From assembly GCA_965644295.1 (NCBI GenBank), contig CBFFRP010000408.1, positions 124,001 through 188,000 of the forward strand: a stretch of DNA of 64,000 nucleotides. Direction: 5' to 3'. The stretch's first letter is position 1; every line of letters begins with the position of its first letter. The position numbers and the translations under genes are program-made. The stretch comes from Paraphysomonas bandaiensis (Eukaryota; Protista; Chrysophyceae). Below are positions 21,476 through 33,025 of the stretch, piece by piece. The notes under the pieces are model-generated. The model saw only the letters and a program-made list of their open reading frames with translations. It had not been told where the DNA came from and searched no databases.

Positions 21476-24400
21476 ATGTCCGATCATGCGGGGAAATTAC
21501 AAGTTTACATCAGATGTCGCCCCCTCTCCCCCAAAGAAAAGAAGTGGAACTTAGAGCGATGTATTTCCTTTCCTGAAGATAAGAAAAAACTCGTCATTTC
21601 TCCTGATAAAACCTTTTCATTCGATTATGTGTTCGACGAAGAGGCCACTCAGGATGCTATTTTTGAGGACTGCGTTCGGCCTCTGGTCATGGGATGTTTT
21701 CTGGGATATAATGCCACCGTTTTTGCGTACGGGCAGACTGGAAGTGGGAAAACATTTACAATGGGATCGTCGCCAGAGCTTCTCTCGACAGACAATGAAG
21801 GCATTATTCCACGTGCTATCAAACTCATATATCTTCTTATGACAACTGAGCACAACGACAAAATTCTCAACCTTCGCGTGAGTTTTATAGAAATATATAA
21901 CGAGGAAATGAGGGATCTCTTGCATCCGAAGATCCCATCCAGGGATATTACAATTAGAGAGGATGAGATGGGAAGAATATGCTACACTGGAGCGAAGGAA
22001 GAGGATGTTAGAAGTGTAGGTGATGTGCTTAAGTAAGTTACTGATATATTTTCAACTATGTGTTTTGATAACAGTTTATCTCTGACTCTTTCTAATTGTT
22101 TATCTATAGATTTCTAGCAAAGGGTTCCAAGAATAGAACTACGGGCGACACTCTTATGAACGATGTCAGCAGCAGGTCTCACGCCATATTTACAATTTCA
22201 ATGGAAACTGTGGACTGTAAGGTATATACGGGACACTTCCTATCTGCTGACTGGGTATAGACGTAATTATGGTGTTTAGTTGGTGCTAGTTATACAAGTG
22301 TATAGTTGTACGGTCATTTGATTTTAGTAACACTTCTGCATTGCATGCTTCGTACAGTTGTTGGACGAGCAAATGGATTCTATATCTCCTCCATCAGCTG
22401 AGAATGGTAACGGAACGTCTACGAAGAAAACCACGGAGATCAGCTCCTATGTAGCTAAACTGCATTTGGTGGATCTAGCAGGTAATCCTTGATTCATATG
22501 CGCTACATAACTTGGTACTATGATTGCCATACACTTGAAGCATCTTATCACGGGTGTATTCTTGGTAGGGTGTGAACGAGCCAAACGTACAGGAGCCGTT
22601 GGAGTGAGGTTGAAGGAGAGTGTCGGGATAAATCAGGGCCTGCTAGCACTGGGAAAAGTTATTCGTGCATTGAGTGCATCTGACCCAATTGGAGGGGTAA
22701 GAATGTATTTGATCATTGTTATTTCGTTTAAAATGTGTGATATCTGCGTGACTCGCTCTAAGAGGTATTCTAATGGAATTGTCTCACTGGTGTATGTCTC
22801 GTAATATGCAGCGATCATCAGCTGCTCATTATGTGCCATACCGAGAATCTAAGCTCACGAGATTTTTGCAAGACTCTATAGGTGCATACTCTATGTTGTT
22901 CGAGGCTTAATGATAATTCTTTTAAGTGTGCATTATGGTCTTTGTTAGATTTGAGATTAGTGTCTACTTTACGGATCTTACGTATAGAATACACCTATGA
23001 AAATAGTGTTGAGTGACTAATGTAACGATGTTTTTTAGGCGGTAACAGTAGGACGGCGATGATTGCATGCATATCCCCGCTGGAACGCGATAAAGGTGAG
23101 ACAGTGAATACATTACAATATGCTACGCGAGCAAGGACTGTGGAAAACAAGGTATGTATTGTTTTCATTTCTCGTATTTCGTACTGTATTCATTATTCTG
23201 TGTATGTCATTTATCTTGATATGACTCTGTTGTAAATTCCGGTGGGTATTACAGGTCAAAGCAAATGTTTCTGTATCGCGGATGTCTGTGGAGGATGGCG
23301 AAGAGTATGCTCTACTACAGGCACATTTAAAAGGACGAGAAATCAGTGAACTAAACGCGCAGGAACTTTATGCAATTATATGCCAGGGTAGCTCGACCGC
23401 TACTGCCGCTGCGTCTCGCAAAATCGGGAGTTTAGAAGCTGAGCTAGGTGTGGAATCATTTTATTTATTAAAAATATATTTTGCGAACATGTACATGCCC
23501 ACTATTATGGTTGTAATGTATTCACATATGCAGCACAATGTCGTGAAGATCTCCACCGCGATGAAGAACTTTTCAGCGAGAAAATGCTCGAGTTGAAAAA
23601 CACAAAACGATCAGTAAGTGTTATTCTCTGTTGGTTCGTTGTTTGATGTATGTTTTCCAGCTGCGAGAGATGGAAGAAACGAATAGAACTTTGAGAGAAG
23701 CAGTGCATAATTCGGAAGAAAAGTTTCAATCAGGTAATATCAATGCGGCATGTGTGTTGTCCTCAAAGTTTTTGCTTGACTGTGAGTATTTCCTAGAGAT
23801 ATCTCGATTAAATCATGAAAATAACGAGTTGAAAATGATGGTTTTGCGTCTGGAAGAGCAGTTGGGTCAGCAAGAAGAACGGTTTGAATCTCTGCTGACT
23901 TCGGAAAATAACAAAGCAGAATCACTCCGATCTGAGGTTGTTGCCATGTCTGCTCAGTTAAAGACCGCGACGTTTGAAAACGATGAGTTAAAAATAACTA
24001 TATCTGGTTTGGAATCTGACCTTGCTGCTCAGCAAAAGCAGTATCAGGAGCAAATTGAGAGCGAGGCTGGTCAGACAGAGGGAATGAGAGAGGAAATCGA
24101 GAGCCTCAAGAACATGCTTGGAGGGGCAGTGTCAGAGAACGACGACTTGAAACGTATTATTATTGACCTCGAATCGAATCTTGAAACCCAAGAGCAGAAA
24201 TTTCGAACCTTTGCTGATAATGAGAACAAGAAATTGGAGTTGGTTCGACTGGAGCTATCTGCAGCGGATGGAGATTTGAAAGAAGTTTCACTTGAAAATG
24301 ATTCACTCAAACGAAAAGTGTCAAATCTGGAGGCAGATCTAAAGCATCAACAGATGCGATATGAGTCGCTCAGTGTTAGTGATAGTGACAAAATAGATTC

Positions 24401-27400
24401 ACTTCGATCGGAAATCACAGCTCTAGACAGTAGTTTAAAATCTGCGGTGTCAGAGAACGACGAACTGCGTCGAAGAATTGCGGATCTTGAATCTGAAATG
24501 AAGCATCAGCTTTCTCGGTATGAAACCCAAACCGCGAGCGAGAGTAGTAAAGTGGAGTCACTTAGGGCACAACTAATGGAAATAGACAAGCAATTGAACG
24601 ATGCGACGCAAGAAAATATTACTCTCATTCGAAGAGTTGAAGTAAGTGAGGCGGAATTATCCAAGTGCAGACAAGAACAGGACGTTAGTCGACGCAATGA
24701 CAATGCAAAGATGGATGAATTGCGAACTACTCTGGAAGAGGTGGAAAGTCAACTTGAACTTTCAAATCAAGAAATAGAAAAATATAAACAAAAAGAAGAA
24801 CAGATGGAGAATGAGATGCAGCGTCAGGTAGCGAAATACGAGGACATTTGCACCGACAGTAACAGTGCGATTGCAACTCTACAATCAGATTTCGAAGACA
24901 TGGAAAATAAATTTAAGGACTCCAGTCTGGAAAATGAAGAGTTGAAAAAGAGTATTGCAACTCTAGAATCTGAGTTAGATCATCAGATCAACCGGTATCA
25001 AGCTTTATCTTCGGATGGCACCATTGCTGTTGAGTCTCTTCGATCTGATTTGCTAGAAGCTGAGAATAAACTCCGGGATGCTGTTTCGAAAAATAGTGAT
25101 TTGACGAGAAGCATTGCTAGTTTGGAAGAGGAATTGGATCGCCAAGTCGTGCGCTATCAGACTTTGTGCTCAGATGACAACCAAGCACTAGCTGAACTTA
25201 AGAATGAATTGAATGAGGCCGAAACTAAACTGAGTGCATCACAGTCTGAGAATAGTTCTCTGAAGGATAGCGTAAAAAGACTGGAGGAAGAAATAGATCT
25301 CCAAGTGATGAGGTATCAAACCATGTGCACAGATGATAACAGTGCAATTGAAAGTCTTAAATTTGAAATTGTTGAGAGAGAGAGTGAATTAAAGAATGCG
25401 TTATCAGAAATCGAAGGTTTGAGAAACGACCTCAGCTTGCTGCAGTCTACTTTACAAGAATCCAAGCAGCAGTATGAGGAGGTGTGCTCCGAAAGTGATA
25501 GCGTTATTGGCACCCTCCGATCTGAATTGCAGGAAGTGGAGGAGCAACTCCAGGAAGCAACATCTGAAAATGAGAATCTTAAAGGTAATATTGTAACGCT
25601 CGAATCTGAGCTCGCCGACCAGATTGTCCGCTACCAGACCTTGTGCACGGATGAAAATGAAGCCATTGAGAAAATCCGGGTGGAGTTAAATGACGCTACA
25701 AGAAAACTTGAACTTTCTACATCAGAAAATAACGAATTGAAAGAGGCCAATGATAGACTACAATCGGAGCTCAACAATCACATAGAACGTTACGAGGACT
25801 TGCTCTCAAATGAAAACCAGGCTATTATGGACCTTACATCTGAACTAAGTGATGCACAATCCAGTCTCCAAGATTCACAGTCGGAAATCACTGCCCTAAA
25901 AAATATCATTGCGAATATAGAATCTGAACTTGAACACAAGACAACTGAGTATGAGACAAAGTGTTCCGATGATAATATTGCACTAGACGAGGCCAAGAAT
26001 GAGTTGGAGAGATTGAGATCCGAGTTACATTCCTCTAACTCTAGCAACATGAAACTTAAATCCTCCCTGGCAGAAGTTGAATTGGAATTACGTGATCAAA
26101 TTTCGAAATATGAAAAGCTACTTAGCGATGAAAGTAAGTCGAAAGTGTCGTTTGAATCGAAGTTAGTTGACACCGAGGAAAAATTGCAACAAGTTTTTTC
26201 CGAAAATGGAAAATTGAGAGATCATATAGTTACCATAGAAACGGCGTTAGCGGATCAAATATCTCATTTTGATGCGTTGTGTACGGATGAAGTGACTGCA
26301 AAAGAGAAACTTCAGGAAGAGTTAATTACCGCAAAAAATGAATTGCATCGTTCGGTGTCTGAAAACAAAGAGCTGAAAGATGCAATGAGTAATCTAGAGT
26401 GGGAGAAGCAAGTTGAGGTGAACCGCACAAAACAATCAGCGCACAATGAACTATCAGCGTTGGAGAGGAAGAATAAAGAATTGGAGCGCTCAAATAGGGA
26501 ATTGGCGAAGAACATTGAGCACCTTGAAAACGAATTGGAGTATCTCAATAGCAGCCAAGTTGAAGTGATGAAAGTACAAGTGTCGAGTTTAGAGAAAGAG
26601 CTACAAACTCAAGTACGAGATAACGAAGGCCTTCGAAGTACTATCGAAGAGCTGGAATTGGAAAAACGCTCTCTAAGAGATCAAGCAACGAGGAAAAAGG
26701 ATATGTTCCGTAATGAAATTTCGGAAATGGATAATGAGGTCAGTGTTTTGAAAGAAGAAAATGGTAATCTCCGGGAAACAGTTGCCAATCTAGAAGCTGA
26801 TGTTGTAGCTCTTCAGCGGAAGCTACAACATTCTGTAGGTAAGTTTCATCAAATTCATTCCGCTACAATCATTTTTGAAAATCCAGAATCATCTTATCAA
26901 GATGATCGCACGCCCCCCAGAGCAAATGGTTTCTTTCAACGAAGTAATGGCTTCGTCACAAAAGACAAATCCACTTCTCAAAAAGGGCTACAGCGCCTAG
27001 ATTCTCTGCAACGTCGAATTACTCAAGATTTTTCGAATCGTCTCTCAGTATCGCCGACTAGAGGTATAGACAAACTAGTACATATTGCGGATACGAAATC
27101 TTCACCGGTATTCCAAGAAAAAGACGCTATTGTCAGTCAGCACCTAGCGGAATGGATATCAAAGTCCACCAACATCGCGCCTTCTGTTTCCAGTGAATAT
27201 GCTAATTTATTAGTTCGTAACGGGCAAGGTTCTGTTCGTCGCTTGCACAAAACACTGCAAAAAGACGGAGATTTCTTGTTAAGCGTAGGTATTCCCTCCG
27301 ATGACGAGCGAGCTATATGTGGTGCGCTAATCAGAGAGATGGCCTCTCACACATCTTCTCTCCCAGAGAAAACGAAGGGGCCCGTGTACATATCTCCTTC

Positions 27401-27698
27401 GAAAGTTCCTGATTTGATGCCCACTGATGGGAGAACACATTTTACCGACCGCTTGTCTCTTAGTCCTCCGCCGTTTCGTATCATGGAAAAGATCCCCGAA
27501 CAAATGCCTCTAGTTTCTGATGAAGTAATTAGGGCCGAGTACTCATTCCGCGAATCAAGACTCGCGCGGTTGGAAAGTCAAGCATCCCGGGCTGCTAAGA
27601 GAGCCAAAGAGGCTGTCGCAGTAGCGGAATCAGTGTCGACGGATGCTGTAAGTGAAGAAAGTAGTTGTAGCGAAAGTTTGTTTAGTTTCGATGACTAA
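21476..27698 (+). CDS. Kinesin-4 (KIF4/KIF21/KIF27-like) motor with long repetitive coiled-coil tail
   Basis: VYIRCRP, P-loop [18 protein letters not shown], switch [10 protein letters not shown], switch [44 protein letters not shown]. Terminal exon ~4 kb. Confidence 0.92.
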
Positions 27699-28332
27699 GT
27701 GCTAGATATATTGATGTTGGCCAAGTAGCATGTATGTATACATATCGTGTGCATCTATGTTCCTGATCTACGCATGTAGTTAGTTAGTTAGGTTACTCTT
27801 CTTGATAGCGTTACCTCCGAATATTCTAGCTGAGAATTTATTTGTAGATTTATAGTCACATTAGTACTTATCGATGCCATACTTCTGTAATAAAGATCTG
27901 TGTATTATTATAAAAGTAACCAAAGATGTATAGCAATTGGTCGGTTTTTCTACTCCTTGAAGTACTGGTCCTATTATACATATAGTGAATAATGATGAAA
28001 TGAAAGAAAATTTTAGTAATTTCCCTTTTCTTTAATCTTTGATATTCTACGTATCCATCGTCCTCTGTAAACAGGGCTTAACAGTACAAAAATAAACACT
28101 TTAAATATACAAGAAAATATAAATAATTAAACTCCAATTAAAAATAATCATGTCAAAGGAATATTATTTAATTGTACAAGATGGAGGATGATAACAAATT
28201 GAAATAAAATTAAAATATCGAAGTATTCGAAGTATAGAGGTTACTATAGAATCTATATATACTACCCTAGGCTAAGTGATAATTATAAAATCTATCTGTA
28301 TCACTCTCTTACCGAAGTCGATCTTGTCTACA

Positions 28333-28580
28333 CCCTCACCAAAGTAGAACTCGCACCTTTTGGTGGCGTTCTGGAGGACATAAGTACCGGAGAGATTCTG
28401 CTTGCTCGCTGTGTTTGATTTGAGTGATAGAGCAAAATTGGTTGAACCTTGGTGCTTGCGGTGACGCACAAGCAGCTTTCGTAGCGTTAAAGAGTAGGAT
28501 GTTAGAATTAAGCATTCGTTAAATGGTTTTGCTACATTAGTTCTGACTCTTAAACAACCATAGCTAAAAAAGACATTCAC
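28333..28580 (+). mobile_element. Short internally deleted family S element (copy D, ~250 bp)
   Basis: Head CCCTCACCAAAGTAGAACTCGCACCTTTTGGTGG...TAAGTACCGGAGAGATTCT matches the 43089 head. Then ATTCTGCTTGCTC...GAGTGAT (cf. 42700-42733) and CCTTGGTGCTTGCGGTGACGCACAAGC (cf. 15434-15487), then tail. Confidence 0.75.
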
Positions 28581-30023
28581 TACATATAACACCCTCTGTA
28601 AACAGGGTTTTAGTTACATCATAATTGAAAATACACTACAACACACAACAAAGAAAATATGATTTTCTTCTTTTAATTTTTAATTTTTAATTTTTAAATG
28701 AATAGTTGAGAAATACTCTTTAAATTCATAAGCTAAGTAACGAAAATAAGTAGTATGTTGAAAGCAGATATTCGAAGCATGCGTAAGAGAGAAGAGAAAG
28801 ATAATTTCAAATACTTTAAAAGTATCTTATATATATGTATTTATATCATCTTTGTACCTGTAAGCCTTGCTTATTACAGAGGGCATTATATGATTTTTGT
28901 TCGGATTCTAGTGCACATTCTTGACGCCTATTGCTAATAATAAGACTTTCATATATATGAAGCGCAATGAAATGATAGATGAGAGAAAATTGAAATCTTA
29001 AAAACTTTCTTTGATTTGTAAAACTTTTCATCATTGCCCAGTGCGTATCTATTAATAATTAGTGGCAGAAACGATGGCTTCAAAAAGTAATAGTCCTGGT
29101 GATATTTAAAGTTACAGCCTACAACAAGCTAGAATACATTTCTAATAATATCTCTAAACTAGTTTAATATTTAGCAACGTATATTTATAAGATAAAATCA
29201 CTAATTTAACTCAGTGCGACACTATATACATGTCGTCTAAATATCAGGATATCCAGATTCATATAAAGCAAAATATTCAACCACACATATCTACATTTGC
29301 AAGGTGTATTTGCTCTGATACATCCCCATGCATGAGTAAATATCACATATACATTTATACAGGCATAATATACACTTATATAGGTATATACACTTATAGG
29401 CATATGCACCTATGTCTGTGATATGTCTGTGTTAAATCAAAGTGTTATAGAAGTTTTCCTCATAAAGATTGTCGTGGTAAGAGAGCCACTATCTCTAAGT
29501 CTACAGATTGTAGCTTGTAGTCACTGTTCGTTGTAGCGGAAGCATAGCGTGTCCCAATGTCCCTCTGACTGTTGCACACCATGATCTGGTGGAGCTGCTG
29601 CTGGTGTCCCGATACACTGATATATTGTATAACACGTATTCTATCACGTATTCTATGTATACCGTTTGGAGATTCTACAGTGTTCTTCAACAGCAAGTTC
29701 AAGAATACGGGACTGTATTCCTATCAATGTGTGAGAAGTTGGGAGGGTATTCTATTCCCTGTACGTCTATACGCTATTCGCTGTACATACAGTACCTCTG
29801 CACCTGCTATAGTACACTGCTGCTCATCAGGTACAGTGCTGTAGATATCGCTACAGTTCGCAGTTAACTCCAACACACAGGAGCGAGACAGACCATCGCA
29901 CCATCTCACTCTACTATTGTTTTATATCTAAGTCTTTGATTTACGCTACTTTTCCACTCTCGAGTTGTAGAATAACTTCCCATACTGTCCTCAGATATCG
30001 CTATCTGTATATTTCTCGGAGCC

Positions 30024-30416
30024 ATGAGTAAAACAGAGAGTAATAGTTCAGCTCCTGTGTATGTTACAGCCACGCCTGTTCCTGATACTGCACAGCATGA
30101 TAATGTGACACAAGCGTATGCCAGACCTGCAACTTCAAATGAAGCAGAGTATACTCCACACGCTTATCCTACGGCTCCTGTTGAAGAAAGTCGTGTTGCA
30201 GGTTTAGACTTGTACTCATATGTCATGGTCTTGATGATTTCAATTAATACCTTTTACAGTTAGTGCTTATCTGACTTTTTCAATTTAGTGTGCCGTGGAT
30301 GCGGGAGAGAGTTTACCAGAGCAACGGGAGTACACAGTGGACAGGCGCAGTACTACAGGTGTGACGAGTGTAACGGATGGGGACCACTTATTCTTGGGAG
30401 TTGCACAATGTCCTAG
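30024..30416 (+). CDS. Small Pro/Tyr-rich protein with CxxC...CxxC zinc ribbon and C-terminal CaaX, 2 exons
   Basis: Intron 30202-30288 gives ...SRVAVCRGCGREF...YYRCDECNGWGPLILGSCTMS*. Confidence 0.72.
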
Positions 30417-31048
30417 GAGCCCATACGTGATATTTGATTTATATTTTTGTGTCCTCGAAGCACATTTGAACGAAATGGTTTTTGTATAATAATGGTTATT
30501 AAAAATTGCAGCTTTAATTTGAGATCTAAACTACTCAGATCGATCTAAAACTGAATTTGTGACCCGTCTTTTAGAGACCACGTTTTACATCGCATTTCAT
30601 ATATTTTTTCATTGGCTACATAAGCTCACATACGGAAATATAGTTGTCCCTACTAAATTTATCCGATGTTCCTACTAAGCGAAAAAGCGCCACTTCTTCC
30701 TACTAAATTTTGCGGACGTTTCTATTAAATTTAAAATGGCAGCTACGCCTACTAATTTTTTCAGACATTCCTACAAAGATAAAAGCTTTTATCGTTTCTA
30801 CTAAGTTTAAATACATCTCAGCTGCCATTTTTAGTTTGGTAGGAACAAATGGAAAACTTAGTAGCAACCTGTACAATAGTTGTCACAACTGTGTACCTAT
30901 AAAAGCGTAAGGTGTCGCGATAGGTATTGCTTATGAGTAAAAATAATATAGTTAAGAATTATGTGTCAGGATTTAAGGACTAAACTTAGACAAACGCGAC
31001 CACACACAAGGATATTCATTCGTGAGCTAGGCTTCTAGTATACACAGC

Positions 31049-32465
31049 TTAACCAAATATATACGGATGGATAGGGATAGGTAAAGATAGCAGCACCGAG
31101 TCCACCGGCCATCTACCGCTGAAACACCTTTCTTCAGTTTTCGTACTCAATGTTGTATCAAATGACTCGGACAAAGCTGCACCTGTCAGTTTGTAGTAAA
31201 GTAACCAGTCATTCCATTCTTTTACCATTTCTACACAAGTACTATATGCATTCTCTCGTGCTGCATCATCCACATATAGTAGAGAAGCACCTATTTGAAA
31301 GTGATTTACGAATGCTATCCACTGGGAAGTAGTGATATGATCAGTCACAGGAATTCTCAAAGAACGACTCAAAGGATCATAGAAAGCTTCACTCATATTG
31401 GAGCCAAGGAACCTACACATACATAAGAAGTAACAAAGTAGTAAGAAATAAAGTCAACACTGGAATCACGAGTGTATGCATTTCGTACATATTAATCCTG
31501 TGATAGGTATTCATGATGTCCTGGAGAAGAATGTCAGTTATATCCACAGAGTATCTCAAATCTAGAACATTTATCTTACGACGAACACTATTTTCATTAC
31601 AGCTAGCGACTTTTTCAGGCTTGTCATTGGGAGATGGGAAAAGGTTGATACGATAGTGATCTCTAGATTTTAAATACGTATATGCTACACGTCTACAGCC
31701 GTATATCACGAGTACATCCAAATTCGTACACAAATGAGTGACAGCAACGACGCTCTTGTACGTTATGGTATTTATTTTAATCAGCCGCAGAGATTGGAGC
31801 TGACGCCCAATAGTAACAACAAGAGACTCAACTTCACTGTCAGTGACGTTTTCATTGCCCTCAACACCAGTACAACCAATGGTGATATGTCGAAGATGTT
31901 GAAAACAACTTAAGACTACTAGAGTCCCTCGGGCAAGTCTGGGTAGGCAGAGAGAAATGACAGAAGGAGTGGAATGGTGTATCTGAACAAGGGAGAGTGG
32001 TGTATACTCCCGCTTATCATAAGGTGTATTTAGCCAGCAGCTGGAGTAATGAGCTGGCTCTATACTATGTCCTACCTTGAAACCATCTGTACTAGTTGTA
32101 ACAACCGAATCAAAATCAGAAAATAGACGATAGCATAATATCTCGTCGTGCAATTTACGACACACACATGCCAATCCGAAAGTATTGCGAATCCCCAAAA
32201 AAGAGATTACAACCCCACACACCACGCTATCAAATAAAGCTGCTTCCCATGGAATTGAAATTAGTGGAGAATAAGAGGAAGAATAAGATTCCTGAAACCA
32301 TGAACATTATGTCAGTCCATTATGAAATGATATCACCTTTGAAAGTGCCAATCGCGCAGGATTGATGTTGACTTCATCAGTTAATGTGGTGGTAGCAGTT
32401 GCATCATAATCAGGAAGCGTAATCACTCCCTTCTTTATTCTTTGTGAAGAATATTTGCACCCCAT
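31049..32465 (-). CDS. F-box-like / leucine-rich-repeat protein
   Basis: VVISFLGIRNTFGLACVCRKLH (F-box-like); LRR-like LRHITI, LQSLRL, CTNLDVLVIYGC, INVLDLRYSVDITD. Probable start MGCKYSS at 32465. Confidence 0.62.
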
Positions 32466-33025
32466 TTCTAGATGCTAACAAATAATACCAATGAAATCTA
32501 TTAAGATTAGACGGGTCACAAGTGTTGCTGTTCATTGACCCCGAGAGACGTGGTGTCTCTGTTGATGTTCACAGATGGGATTTAAAGTGACTATCTCCAC
32601 TGTTTCTGGCAACAATGGCTAATTCAGACAGACATACAGATATCCAGTCTTAAATCCAATGTGTATATCTGGGTCCATCACTTCTCCAAAGTCAAGATGT
32701 GAGATATCCACATGACGCATATCTGTGTCCAGATGGCCATGTACGTACTGCTGTATGTATGTACGTACGTATGTAGGTAGGTAGGTAGGTACGGTCGAAT
32801 GTATATACAGTACATACGTGAATATTCTTCGTCCACCCAAAGAACGTAATTCTCGTATAGAACATGCCGCTGTGTATTCCTCCAGATGTATTCCACGTGC
32901 TGTCCAACTATCGGCGGATCAACTCATATGGTATACACGGTATGCCAGTCCTGATTTTGGACAGCTCAAAACACTCCGTTATTCGGACATACATCCGCTT
33001 CCATAATATTCTAAGTCGTTTCAAA

